Source: Anthoceros angustus (taxonomy: Eukaryota; Plantae; Anthocerotophyta). Taken from it: a stretch of 64,000 nucleotides of DNA. The DNA lies in the NCBI GenBank assembly GCA_010909165.1, contig VJWM01000019.1:744001-808000 (forward strand). The letters are read 5' to 3'. The number at the start of each line of letters is the position of its first letter. Within the stretch, counting starts at the first letter, position 1. Below the pieces are notes generated by a model. It saw nothing but the letters and a program-made list of their open reading frames with translations, was not told where the DNA came from and made no database searches. Position numbers and translations under genes: made by a program. Below are positions 12,596-25,331 of this stretch, in pieces.

Positions 12596-13954
12596 AGCTT
12601 TCTAGGGCACAAAGCGGCTTGGTACGGCTAGTTGGAAGATCTTGGGTTGTTCAATGCAGCACAAAACATCTCGGGTGCATTTTGATCACCCGGGATGGTG
12701 CACGGTTGACAGCGCGGTGGTATGCAGACACTGCGACTACGGAGTCTGGCCGCAGTCACAGTGACAAGCGCAGAGTGGATCGACGACAGCTTAATTTAGG
12801 TGAGCCCGGTGAGCAAGGAAGCTGCGCAGTTTCCTGGGCAGGACGAACTGCGCTGTGGTTTTCTTTATGTGAACAGGCTATGAGTGCCGTGCTCCTTCTC
12901 TACCACTCTACCCCTCCACGCTGCTTCCTGCCACTTCCCGGGGCCCCTGCCCTGCCCTTCCCACGCCTCTGCTCCCCCTCTCGTGCGTATCATTTTGGGA
13001 AGAAGAAAATCCACTCAAAGGACGATTACATAGAGCAAGCTCGCCACTCGGCATACATTAGTCGCCTCTGGAACCTGGGACGATAAGGATGCGTGTGGAG
13101 GCTTTGTTGTGTCATGACACAGGGGAATCGTTGCAGGTTGCAGTGCTGCATCTTATCCTCTCTCATGAGAGGTGAGCCCGCCCACGTGAGGGTATGACTC
13201 CACTCCAGTACCCCGCCAGTCGGCCCTGGCACCGGCATTGCTCAGGGCTCTGGCCTCAGGGCTCAGGGCTCAGGCCTCATCAGGCCTCAGGCTCCGGCGC
13301 CGCGGCCAGGGCCTGCTGCTTGCTTGTCTTCCCCCTGCTTTCGTTTCGTACCCGAGGACGGTGCAATGCAAATCATGCAAGTGGGTCATGTGTTAACAAC
13401 GACAACATGAGAGGAGGAAGAGCAAGGGCGGCGTCTGGCCACGAGATGCATTTTGGCATTTGCAATTCGTGCAGCCCGCGAGTGGGTGCGCGAAAGCAGG
13501 ACCATGAGCGGACGAAGCTTCGCGCCGTCCGACCTCCGCGCTCCCTTGCGCACCGCGCTCCTTCTTTGGCTCGCTTGCCAATTAATCCTCCGTGTACCGG
13601 CAATCAATCCAGGGACCTGCTTCTCCCTTTATCCCCAGCGGGAGTAAGGAAAGAGCGGCCCGGGGCCCGGGGCCCGGTGTCTTTCCTGCCTTCTGCCTTC
13701 TGCCTTCTGCCTGGCCTGGGCCTGGGCCTGGGCCTGCGCAGATGCAGATTGGAGCCTTCCTGCTCCGCATCCGCATCCGCATCCGCGTCCGCAGGTAGAG
13801 TAGAAACAGCGCTGCCTCTGGAAATAGCGAACAGCAACAGGCAAATCAGTAATCACGTGATGGGAGGATGCGGCAGCCCTAATAAAGCTGGCCCCGCTGG
13901 ATGGCTGGATGCTGGATAGCCCCGCTCCCGCTCTGCCCCAGTAATAATTCCGCT

Positions 13955-14125
13955 TCCCCTTGTCCTTCCCCCCTTCGCCTTGTCCTTCCCCTTCTGCCTT
14001 GCCCTTCCCCTTCCCCCTTCCCCTTCCTTCCGCTTTCCCCTTCCCCCTTCCCCTTCCCTTCCCTTCCCTTCCCTTCCCCTTCTCCTTCCCTTCCCCTTCT
14101 CCTTCCCCTCCCTTCCCCTTCCTTC
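13955..14125. repeat. Polypyrimidine/polypurine tract, (CCCTT/CCCCTT)n
   Basis: About 170 nt almost exclusively C/T on the plus strand. Confidence 0.9.
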
Positions 14126-15401
14126 GGCCCGCTTATCAAGGCGGAGCGTGGCCCACCTGGTACCCGACCCGCGACGTAGCAGAGCTGGTCTCCATACAAC
14201 ACCGCGCCCTGCTGACGTACCCGGAGCCCGGGCCCCAGCACTACGAAAAAACTCTCCTGTACGGCCCCCGCTTTCACTCGCCCGGGCCCTCCTCCCACTC
14301 TCTAGTATCTACATACAAAATTCTTCACTTGCCGTTGGTGACGAGACACTTTTACACCTTACCCGCGGGGAGCCGGGAGCCGGGAGCCGCTGCCGTGTGC
14401 CGTGCCCGTCACTGCTGTCTTTGTGTCACCCCCCGTTCACGTGATGCCACCCCGTCCTTGTCCTATGGGGCGCCCGCCATCATCCCCCATCCTCCCTGCA
14501 CAGGTTTGCACCCTAAACCCTAAACAAGAAGGAGGAACAATATTAGCTACATCTAAGCAGGCCAAAACATAACGGGAACGAGGCTGAAAGGGCCGGCCCG
14601 CGCGCCATGAATGCGGCCTTTATAACCTCACATGGTGCACGCATGAATGCATGGATGGCCACCACTCACGAGAATCGAGATGGAGTCCATGGATGTATGT
14701 ACCGCCAGGCCAGAGGGCGAGGGCCGGGGCCGGGGCCGGGGCCGGGCGTGGGCACGCCGCACTGGGGGGCCTGGGGCCGTGAGCGCCCACACCCCGTTCC
14801 GTGGAGCCCAACGGCCTCGCGTACTCATCCGGGTCCGGTCCGGGTCCGGTGCCCCGTCGCGCGCGCCCGTTCCGTCCACACGGACAGATGGGAACCTGCC
14901 ACTGCCGCTGCCTCTGCCACTGCAGCAGCGCAGTGCCCCTGACCCGTGGTCCCTGCTGCACCTGCGCTCTTTTGCCCTTGGGAACGCCAAAAAAGCAGCT
15001 CTCGCTTGCCCGCTGCTTCTTCCTCTTTCCTGCCTTTCAGACACACAAAGGACAGCCGGAAAAGAGCAGGGCGGCTTTCCCCACGGCAGCAAGCCAGCTA
15101 GCATCGCCCGCGACCCGCGACCCGCGACCCGGGACCCGGGACCCGGACTCTTCTTCCTCGCCTCGCCACCCTCTCCGCGTCCCTTTTCCCTCCACGCATT
15201 CCGATCCCACCTCTTCTTCATTCTGCTGCCTGCTTCTCGAGCCTCCAGCTCCAGCTCCAGCTCCCGCTCCCGCTCCCGCTCCCGCTCCCGCGGCCCCGCC
15301 ATCTCCGCGCTCACCTCGCTCCTGCTGCTCGCCGCTGGCTTGCAATTCGTGTGCCTCCGCTTCTGGATCTAGGCTCGGGAGCGCATGCGGGCGGGAGACT
15401 G

Positions 15402-18400
15402 ATGGAGCTCAGGCTGCCGATTGCCCTGCCGCTTCAGATTGAGCCCTGCCTCAGGAATTGAGACCCTCGCATCCGACGCAATGTGGCAAGCCGCCTGGCT
15501 GGTGCCCCTGGGGCAGGGGCAGGGGCAGGGGGAGGCGGAGGTGGAGGCGGAGGCGGAGGCAAGCCCTCCTCCTGCTCCACGCACGACTTCCTCTCCCGCT
15601 ACGGGGACGGATCCTCGCACCACGCTGACCACGCTTCCGCCCGAGGTCTGTCCGATTTCTCCTCCCTGTCAAATTTGCATCCGCCTCGACTTTGCATCGG
15701 GCTCGGACTGCGGCATGAACCCGGATTCCGATTGCCGTCGCTGCTGCTCGTCTTGCTCTTGCTGCTGCAATTCTGCCGAATGCAGTCACCTTCTTGGCTT
15801 CTTTGCCACCTCCGCTCCGCCTGCACTGCTACCATCTCCCTGTCCCTGTTCCTGTGCCTGATGCATGTGCATGTGCATGTCCTAGCCCCAACTCCCTACT
15901 TAATGGCGCCTGTATCTTGCTCCAGGAGCCTCGTCTCTCACCACGCAAGACTTCCTGCAGCCGCTGGAGAGAAACGGCAACGGCAGCAGCCGCAGCGTCT
16001 TCCGGGACGGCCGGGTGCCTTCCACCTCGGATAAGACAGCCGCCGGGCTTGACACCGGCCGGGACGTTGTCTCCGCTCTGGCTCCGGCCGCTGCCGATCG
16101 ACTCGTGCCTCGCCATAACACCGCCTACCCCAATCCTGCCACCGCCCGCGCCAATGCCGCCATGGACGCTGCTTCGAATTCCATGTCCCGGAAGCTCAGC
16201 GAAGGCGCCACTGTTCCCGACTCCGTCAGACCTGGCCCTTTCACAATTCGCCGGTGCTCGCCAACAGGGACAGCAACAGGGATGAGCATTCCGTTCTGCG
16301 CCATTCCGATGCAGCTACCGCTGCCGCTGCCGCCGCTGCTGCCGCCGCCGCCGCCGCCGCCGCCGCTGCCGATCCCGATTCCGCAGACTTCTTGGCCAGA
16401 GGTGCGCTCACCACCAACTTCCTTCTTCTTCTTCTGCTCGTCGTCTGGAACAGCTACCAAACATGTTCCTTGCGCTTGCAGAACGAGCTGAGAATCTCGC
16501 CTACTGGTCAAGCGCCCGCCTCAAATTCGGCATGACGGACATGGCTTTCGGTGCAAACATGGCGTCATCCCAGACTCCACTTGAACCCTCTCACATACCC
16601 GCCGCTGTCTTCAACAAGTGAGTATTTTTGTGAATCTGGCGGAAGAATGCCTAGATTTCAAATCTAGGTTGTAAGTTTCTCTCTGCCATTTCCGCTCATC
16701 ATCTCAGCCTCGCCTCGCCAGGCAATGGCAGCAACCCGTTCAAGCGTTGAACGATCCTTGTAATCGGAGGCCCATCAAAGTGCCATCAGAAGATGATGAC
16801 GATGAGGAGGATGACTACATCGATGGCAGGTCCAGGGAGGCTCGAAAGGATAGCCTGTTCCACAAAGGTATTGACCTTGCTCACCCCGGCGGGCTTCATG
16901 GAGGTCGTTTTGTTGCATGTGGCTCAAAGATTGGACGTTGGTTGACGAAACTCTGTCCTACTAGCAGAATCGACTCAAAAAGTGGACGGCAAGAGCGATG
17001 TGAGAGGTGGAACTCCACGCTCTAAGCATTCGGCTACCGAACAAAGGAGGCGAAGCAAGATCAATGACAGGCATGTATGGGAAACGTGTGCTTGCTTGGA
17101 AAGAAGCTTGCCACAGTTTTTTGCATGCAGTGGCAGACATGACTGAATCTTCCTGTGCCCTTCCTTATCCCCTGCTTCGGCCAACATCTTACACCTTATC
17201 CGAATGCAGGTTCCAAATGCTGCGTCAGTTGGTGCCCCATAGCGACCAAAAAAGGGACAAGGCGTCGTTCTTGCTGGAGGTAGTGTGTCTGTACTCGCTG
17301 TATGTACGCATTGTCATATGACCCATGAGGTGTATCGTCGACAGTATGCTGTATGTAGATATGGTGGAGATAACTCTTGTCTACCCGGGCCCTGCAGGTC
17401 ATTGAGTATATCCAGATACTCAAGGACAAAGTGAAAAAGTATGAGAACGTGGAGCATGGAAGACATCAAGATAGGCTCAAGTCCATGGTCTGGGACATCT
17501 GCAAGGTATATGCCGCTTGCGTATCTGTATGCCTCGTTTCCCTCAGTTGCTCTGTTTTCTGGATGTGAGCTGACTCGTGTATGCCGTTCTGTCACAGAGG
17601 AGTGGGGGAGCACCGGACTCGTCTCTGGGCCTGGATCCATCCCGTCTTGATTCTCTCGTCTTAGCAAAGGAGTACAGCTCACCGGTTTCAGGGGTACTGG
17701 ACATCAAACAGGTGAGTGAGAGTGTCCCCCGCCCCAGGAAACAGGATCATTGCTGTGTGCCTTGGGACACGCTGTGACAGCTATCTAAGTGTGTTTTTTT
17801 CGTGATGCCAGCAGTCGGTTCAATCACCTTTCGCCAGGACTGTGGGTGGCTATCCGGTGACATCAAAAAACGAGCCTGGTGTGACAAATCCAACGGCCAC
17901 CATATCCAATTCCAGCTATGAAAGAGAAAAGCTTAATAGCGAGGCGTCCGAATCTATGCATTACTCTGGCAGGGGGCGGCCCTATGGCCCAGGAACTGCA
18001 GCAATTGTAGGAGTGGCTGCCCAGGATCCATTGCAGCAACAGCAACAGGTTGAGCAGAGGTACTATGGTGGCCAAGGGGCCAGGGTTGCCCAGTCGGACA
18101 CCGGGCACTCTCAAGTGTTGAATGAGGAAGGTGGTTCGAACTTGAAGGCGTTCCCTCCTAGTTCTGGTGCGGATCAACGACAATATTCGCCACCCGCATC
18201 GTATGGCGGACCGTCCTCAAGGCAACCGTCTCCGCGCGGCGTGCAAGCCACAGCCAACGAGCCTTCCTTGTCGGTGGCTGGGAGGCACCCACCCAGTAAC
18301 ACTTCCCGTGAGCCGTCTCAGCAGGAGGACTCCCGGGCTCCCTCCAGTACAGGACAGGATCCGTTGGCTATCCAGGGAGGCGTCATCAATGTTTCCAGCG

Positions 18401-18862
18401 TCTACTCCCAAGGGTAATTGCCGCCTACCGCCTACAACCCATAGGATTTGAAGGCCTAGCTGGTCAGACGTGGTGTTTGACGCTCACACGTCGTTCCATC
18501 TCAGGTTGTTGGACACGTTGACGAAGGCGTTGCAAAGCTCAGGATTGGACTTGTCTCAAGCCAACATTTCAGTGCAGATCGACCTCGGAAAGACCACAGC
18601 TGCTGTTTCCCCAAAGGTTCGTTTTGGTCTACAGTACCTGAACTCCTGTTTGCTGACGTGCACAGTGCCTTTCCTGCTGGCTTTTCGATTTTTGGAGCTC
18701 GAATCTAATGTGATGCATGTTACGCCGGTCCAGGTTGCTCAAACACCAGAGTCCTCTACACAAAGTCACCAATCCCAAGAACATACCAGACAAACTGTCT
18801 CGTACCCCGACCAGGACTTGCAGACACCTCACAAGAGACCAAAGATTGAGGTGGATGTGTAG
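15402..18862 (+). CDS. BIM1: BIM1/BIM2-like bHLH transcription factor, multi-exon; start codon uncertain (15402-15483)
   Basis: N-terminal KPSSCSTHDFLSRYG. bHLH GTPRSKHSATEQRRRSKINDR|FQMLRQLVPHSDQKRDKASFLLE (17210-17279)|VIEYIQILKDKVKKY (17398-17505). C-terminal GGVINVSSVYSQG|LLDTLTKALQSSGLDLSQANISVQIDLGK. Stop at 18862. Introns about 90-140 nt. Confidence 0.92.
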
Positions 18863-21800
18863 TTTTACGTTTTTGTAGATACTTACCCTTTTTCAGTCGT
18901 CGAGGGCAATTTTTCTGGGTCATCCCGCGGGCTTCCTTCTTGTGACCATAGGCGAGAGTGTCATCCTAACCCCCAAAGCCACTGCTTGTCAACTCCCCTG
19001 GTTGAAAAGAAACCCTGTCTCGAGCCCTGAGTCTCTTTCTTATGTCCGACGTCATGTAGGCAAGGCGTAGAAAGGTCCAGGTACTTTCTGACTACCTGTG
19101 CTCTTTTCTCGAGAGCGGAAGGTGTTTGTCGATGCTGGCCCTATGTGTCTTAGAAGGGGTTATAGCTTCTTTGAGGTTTCAAGGATGAGGTGGACGGGTT
19201 TCTAGCCTATTGAGGTGTTGAAGATAAGGTGGTGCCAAAATTTGCTGTTGCCCAAGGAGTAGTTGGCGAGCCTCCTCTAGGAATGAAGGCCCAACTGGGG
19301 CAAGACCAGGTGATTTCTGCCAGGCCTGATTGCTATAAGTTCAACAGTCGTGCTATTGATGTATAAAATTCTTACACACAGTAGCTTTGTCTGCATCACT
19401 CGCCCTGCGCGTACTATGCAAGGGGATTGTGCACTAGTTTGTAAAGTAAGCGATTCTTTCAAGAAAGCATGTACCTATCTATTGTACCAATTTGACGAAA
19501 AGACTGAAAGCTCCATTGGGGGCCAGTATGGAAGTAAAGCTTGATTGGTTGCGTTTGGTTGGGTCCCTCTACCAGATGCTTTGGTATGCCTTCTTTTCTA
19601 GATCCGGCATTACTGCTCAGAAGGCCCTCGTTTGCAGACCTTTGTATGTGAATGTCTGGAAACGTTTAGAAAACTCCATGACCAATCCCAATGGAAGCAC
19701 TGAGGGTAGGAAGTCAGGCTTATTATTGCTGGTTATGCATAGCTAGAATTCTTTCGCATTATCTGTATAGAGACTGAATATGTTCACCAATTGACTACTC
19801 CCCACGGCAAGCGGCAGGCAGCACAAGAGGGTTAGGTGAAACATATTATTGCTGGTCATGTAATATGTATGTTTAAGATCCCTCCATCTCACACTCGGGA
19901 ATAACAGTGCATACAGTCTCAAGGTTTTCGGTGGTCTTCTACCAGTCACAATGGTCGGTGCTGTTTTGGGTCGTCAGGTGTGTGCCTTCAACCATTTCCC
20001 CTGTGCTCCTGTCGAGACATGGCTTGCTATATTATTGCACTTGTAACTGGCTTCCAGCATGACTTCAAATTCCTACCTCTCTTCCTTGGGCTAAATTTCT
20101 CTAATCTTGTCCTTAGCCTAAGTTCCTCTAAAGCCCTAATGTAGATGCGGCCATGTTGTTGAGAGACAGCTCATGCTCCAAAAAGGTTGAGCAGCAGAGC
20201 CGCTGATCCTGCGCGTCGGTGAGACGTGTTAGTGTGCACAGATGACTGGAGAGCTCCGACGAGTGGCAATTTCCAGCACATGGTCCATTTACTCGAGCCT
20301 GTGGGAGGCAGGACTGCATGCCTTCCCAGCAATTCCGTGTCTCCATCGCCTCATGATCTGCAGCAACCCCTTGAACGTGTGGAGAATGTTCTAGGATGTA
20401 CCTCTCGATGGCGCACTTTCTGCTCCGCAATTGTCGCACAATGAAGGTAAGCACGTTACGATAATGATGGCGTGCGCACTGTGCCGGATCCCATGATTGC
20501 ACGCCACCTAAACGCATAGGGCACCAACTTCTCTGTTCCTGTTTGCTTTCCTCTGTCCGCGATGACTGAGGTTTGAGCACTGCAGCCGGCAGGGGATGAG
20601 CAGTTTTCAGTGGCGAATTGAGAGTCGATTTGGTCTTGGTCTTCACAAGGACGCCCGGGGGCTTGCGAGACGCGAGTTCTTCAAGCGCTCCTCCAGAATG
20701 AAGGCAAAACAGACACCAAGGAAGCGGAAGCGGGATCACGGAACACCAGGGATGCATCCAGTGCCACAACAAGCATCCGCGGCATTTACAGCCGCCTGGC
20801 CATTTGCAGGCAGCGCCAGCAACCTGCAAGGTATGATGTGGCTCACGGGACTAGCCATGGCCAAGAGTCTGGCCACAGCAGCCTCCCTGCTTGCTAACTG
20901 GAAGGTACAAAGCGAGGAGGCGGAGGAGGGGGCGGTGCCGATCGAGATCGAGACGCATCCCAAGTAGAGCACGAGATCGATTCGCGTTTCAAGTTTCAGA
21001 TTTCGGATTTTCGGATTTTCAGATTTCAGCGCGTTTCAGGTTTCAGGTTTCGGTTTTCAGTTGTGTACAGTATACCTACTAGGTGGGTACTCGTGGCCAA
21101 GGGACCAAGTGCCAGGTAGGAAACGAGTGAGGACTGGCTTCAGCGATGGAGCTGCTGGAGCTGCAGCTGGAGCTGGAGCTGGATGTACGCCAGGGACAGG
21201 CCGGGACAGCGATGGAGCTGGACGCTGATTTTGCGATGATCTGACGGAAGTGATCCACCTCTCTCTTCGAGTGTGTGAAGCTTACTCACCTGGCTTTACC
21301 CATCTCACAGGGGGGTTAAATGCCATCAAACTCTACTCCCAAATTTAAGCAGCAGGTGTACGTGAAGAAACACAGGCAGACGCTTCTTAGCACACTCCAA
21401 GCCTGTGGCGGCTGGGCAGATATCGACACGGGTAGGAATGTTCAGGCAGCACATCTAAGGTGTATGGGTACAACCTGACTTGTTTGTGGGCACAATTCTT
21501 TTTGGCATGCATCTAATATGTGGGGCCTTGGTGGACGGGCAGCATCTTTGAACGATTGTCTTGTGGGGACATCGTGTTCTTGGATTGAATGAGTAGGAGA
21601 TATGCTCTTGAAACATGAATCTGTCTGAGAAACTTTTTAGGTACTCAAATCCAGGATTCTGTTGCAAGGCCAAATGACCTTGCATTTGTTGGAGTTGTTA
21701 GAACATGTGGGCCGTCCCTGGTATCCCTGAGAAAGAGACCGTAGGTGGAGGCCAGTCGATGGAAGTGGCCTGGCCAACTTTTACTGTACCCAGAGACTGT

Positions 21801-23391
21801 CCGATGCAGTGGTTTAATCGTTTAGCCTACGCCATGGCTCTGCTTTTGGTACAGGCCTCCACAAAGGATCAGTGGCGATGTTGAAAGCCTCTCTTCCCTC
21901 ATGCTCTCTCGAACAACCCAACTTTGTCCGTTCATTCCAAATGAAGCCTCCCTTCCCTCATGCTCTCTCGAACATTCCAAATGAAGTAATGGAAAAGCTT
22001 CTATACAATTCCAACTGAAGCACATGGAAAAGCTTTGATCGAGTGCACTCCATGAGCACCATAGTAGGTGTTTCCGCATGGACTCTGCTATGCTGGGCAG
22101 TGGGCTTGGCAGTGGTGATTCGTGAATGATTTGTCAACAGTTTGTAACGGATGTTGCATGCGAGAGAATCGTTTGTGGTTTCAGGCTTTGGCCGGGAGAC
22201 CGTGCGATGAAACCCCCTAGCTCGTTCTTGTGTGAGAATTTTTGGCGATGGCCAGCCTGGTGCTGGGCGCGTGGGCTGTCTGCATCAGGGTGGCTCGAGA
22301 GGAGAGCTACGCGACGTTGGAAGTCGAGATGATGTTGGAGTGCGAGGGTGGACGATTGGACATATGGCGATCCGATCGGAACGAGATGCTGAGGAATGCG
22401 GGCATCGAGGGTGGTCGAATCCAGCTTAGGGAGCGCGGCTTGCTGGCTTGCTGCTGCCCAAGTACTCCGATTCCTCTTTGCTCATCTACTGCACCCAAGG
22501 TCCGCACAAGTTGCACAATTACATCAGAGTTGCATTACACTCAAAGCTGCACAGTGCTGTGCAACGTTGTGTGCTTTTGCAATGGAATTGTTCATGAATG
22601 CTGTCTTCGGACTGTTTTTGGTGGTTGCAGGGTCGGCGATGATGGGCATGAACCTGCCCATGAGCGCCAAGCGAAAGTCCCGGGTGATTAGGAGGGGCCA
22701 GGTGGTGGCGGTGCCCCGAGGGGTGAGGGTGGACATGAGCACCACAGCGACTCAGACCGAGAGGGGTGGAGAGGAGTCATCTGGTGCCCATGGCCGACAC
22801 ATCGCTGGCAGCAGTCGAGCGTGGGAGATGCACGGTAGGCCTTATAATCGATTTGAAATCCTTTTTGTTGCCACTTCATGCGATCCCTCACCCAAGATTG
22901 ATACCTATGGATTGAGGCTGATGAGGTGATTGGAATGTGTGTGCTACATTATGCTTGCAGAAGTTCAGATTGGTCTTCACTTGTAAATTTGATTGCTCAT
23001 CCCATTTGTTTGTATCATAAAAAAACAATATTAAAAATTTTGAATCTTAAATCCTAATAGAGATTGGTCTTTACTCGTGAATCCAAATGGCTTGCTATAC
23101 GTATTTGTTTGGACCTGCTTATAATAAAATAAATCTAGTTTCACTAAAAAAATATGTGCATTATATAAAGGATGTATATAATATTGTATCAAATATGATT
23201 TAATATGAATTATAATAAGTTAACCTTATTGTAAGTTCTGGTAGAGGGAAAGAAATAAAGGTTTTACTTCACTTCACTTAAAAGTATGTATCATAAAAGT
23301 TATATGTATATCACTTGAAATATACATCATAAAGTACATAAATGTTGACACTCTTTTATGTCTGCAGTGGTTAACATTTATAATTTGTTCA

Positions 23392-23515
23392 CATTGATTT
23401 CCCAGTCTTACAAGGTTGATCCGCTCACTCCAAATTTTGGCCAGATTGAGCCGTTCATTGATTTCCCAGTCTTACAAGGTTGATCCGCTCACTCCAAATT
23501 TTGGCCAGATTGAGC
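23392..23515. repeat. Two-copy 64-bp direct repeat
   Basis: CATTGATTTCCCAGTCTTACAAGGTTGATCCGCTCACTCCAAATTTTGGCCAGATTGAGC occurs twice in tandem. Confidence 0.9.
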
Positions 23516-23678
23516 AACGGCTGTCAAATGGACCGAAGCAACCATGAGTGGCAATTCGACGAAACCCGTTACCTGGTAGAGAGCCATGCGCATGTAAATT
23601 TGTCATAGACTAGTATGCCTAGCTCAACCAAATCCCTCCGTGAGCAGCACCCACAGATGATCTCTCAATCGCTTGGGG

Positions 23679-24083
23679 TTATGTGCTTAGAAACTTGATC
23701 ACTTGCATGATAAACAAACTTATCAATTGTATGATGAAATAAATTACTCTGCTAAAATCCCGATTCCCCACTGCATGTTGTCCGCCTATCCGTATGAGGC
23801 GTCTCCGCATAAGCTGTGGTATGATAAACAGACTTACGGATTGTGTGATAAAATAAATTATTCCGCCGAGACTCGGATCAAGAGCCAGTGCTGTTAGTAG
23901 AAGTATCAAATGTATGACAAAATTAGTTACTCCATGAACAGGGGCAGCTGGAACCACTATCCCTCGAATTATATAATTTAAGATAAAAAAAATTGCTCCA
24001 TGGAAAGCGGGAACTTGGATCAACAATGCTAGAATAACCCCCATAATGTGGGTAATCAGCATCAGCATCACGTTATCCACCAT
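23679..24083 (-). CDS. Possible small hydrophobic protein with internal repeats, unknown family
   Basis: 134-codon ORF in AT-rich DNA with repeated I(I/F/Y)FI..L segments and an underlying ~114-bp DNA repeat. No homology recognised. Confidence 0.25.
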   Translation of the reverse strand: MVDNVMLMLITHIMGVILALLIQVPAFHGAIFFILNYIIRGIVVPAAPVHGVTNFVIHLILLLTALALDPSLGGIIYFITQSVSLFIIPQLMRRRLIRIGGQHAVGNRDFSRVIYFIIQLISLFIMQVIKFLST

Positions 24084-24702
24084 GTCTTCTGTCGGAGGAC
24101 GCTATAATCAAGACTAGGTATCGGTGTAAACTGCTCACACGAAAGAGATCAAGCGTCACCAAAGTTAGCTACATTGCCTCAAAGTAAGACAAATGTGGTT
24201 GTTGACATCTCCTACGTCGTCCCCACTCTTTCCAAGCACTCCAACATTCAAGAGACCTTCAAATTAAAAATCAGATGCCAAAAGACTAATCAATTCAAAT
24301 ATGATCAGTGTACTCACATTCTCACGCTAACCGACAGGCAGTCCGTATACTTTAACCAGTCGATCTGCTCAAAGGGCACTCACAGTAATAAATCTCGATT
24401 CGGATTCCGGTGCATGCGGAAATGCAAGAGGAGGATCATCTGTGGCTGGTGGATGGATTATCAACCTCGAAGTCCTGCAGACTGCACTAGTACCGGCGTA
24501 CCGGCGGGACTCGGCGAAGGGGCGCGGCGGGCTCGAGGTGCTAACAATTAACGACACGACTAGGCGAGTTCGGAAAATGTATTACCGCGCTCATGTTAAG
24601 CCGCTTTATAGCGTATCCTATATCGCGAGACCTAACAGCCGAATCAAACGTTCCTGTTGAACGTTGAACCCTTGAGTTTCCCTTGTGTTCAAATATTTTA
24701 TT

Positions 24703-24818
24703 GGTCTGGGTCTGGGTCTGGGTCTGGGTCTGGGTCTGGGCCTGGGTCTGGATCTGGGTCTGGGTCTGGGTCTGGGTCTGGATCTGGGTCTGGGTCTGGG
24801 TCTGGGTCTGGGTCTGGG
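24703..24818. repeat. (GGGTCT)n hexamer microsatellite, about 19 units
   Basis: Directly visible. Confidence 0.95.
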
Positions 24819-25331
24819 TACTTGAATACAAAGCATAACACCAGGTGGTTGGGCAAGGACTCCTGGGAGCTGTTCAAGATCCTATCACTCGCTTCTTCTT
24901 GCGGGCATAGACTATTACATGAGTGAAAATAAGGAAACGTGAGAGCAAATCCCCCGATCTCGCACACAAAAAAATCATTCAAGAAAGTTGCTCGCTCGGT
25001 TTCGAGTTTCTCTGCTTATGCTTCTCTCGACCGAAGATCGTGGTTCGCGAAACAAAAAATGAAGATCCTGATTTTTCAACCCTATGAGATCTTGCCAATT
25101 GGATCAGTTGCATCGATGTACAAGCTATGAAGCGGTTCTCCAACCCCGTGGGACCTTGCAAGTTGAAGCAGTTGCATGAAGCGCGTCTCCAGACCATGAG
25201 ATGTCGCCAGATGCGGCACTTGCAGCACCCGAGGGCTTGCTCTGCGGATACGCGCTTGCTCTGAAGTTGAGAGGATACGGCAGCAGCCCTATTCGGGAAC
25301 CCTGAGTCGTCTCGAGTGTCTGGAAAATTTA

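Larger units (their letters stand above)
9913..12878 (+). mobile_element. PIF/Harbinger DNA transposon with two convergent ORFs and candidate 12-bp TIRs
   Basis: Contains a DDE nuclease and a Myb/SANT ORF. GCCTGTTCACAT at 9913-9924 has its reverse complement at 12867-12878. No clean TAA/TTA TSD, so the boundaries are tentative. Confidence 0.7.

Noticed and set aside
14239-14251. CACTACGAAAAAA as a CACTA terminus (similar motifs at 3886, 48098 and 63415)
   Set aside because: No partner TIR, TSD or subterminal repeat cluster.
20128-20967. 233-aa minus-strand ORF and overlapping plus-strand ORFs as a gene
   Set aside because: No recognisable domain and no consistent splice model. A real gene here cannot be excluded.
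22126-22929. Cluster of ORFs of 65-177 aa
   Set aside because: No motif or family recognised.
24541-24982. Poly-QT, RP, GS and PD ORFs
   Set aside because: All are frames of the (GGGTCT)n microsatellite.
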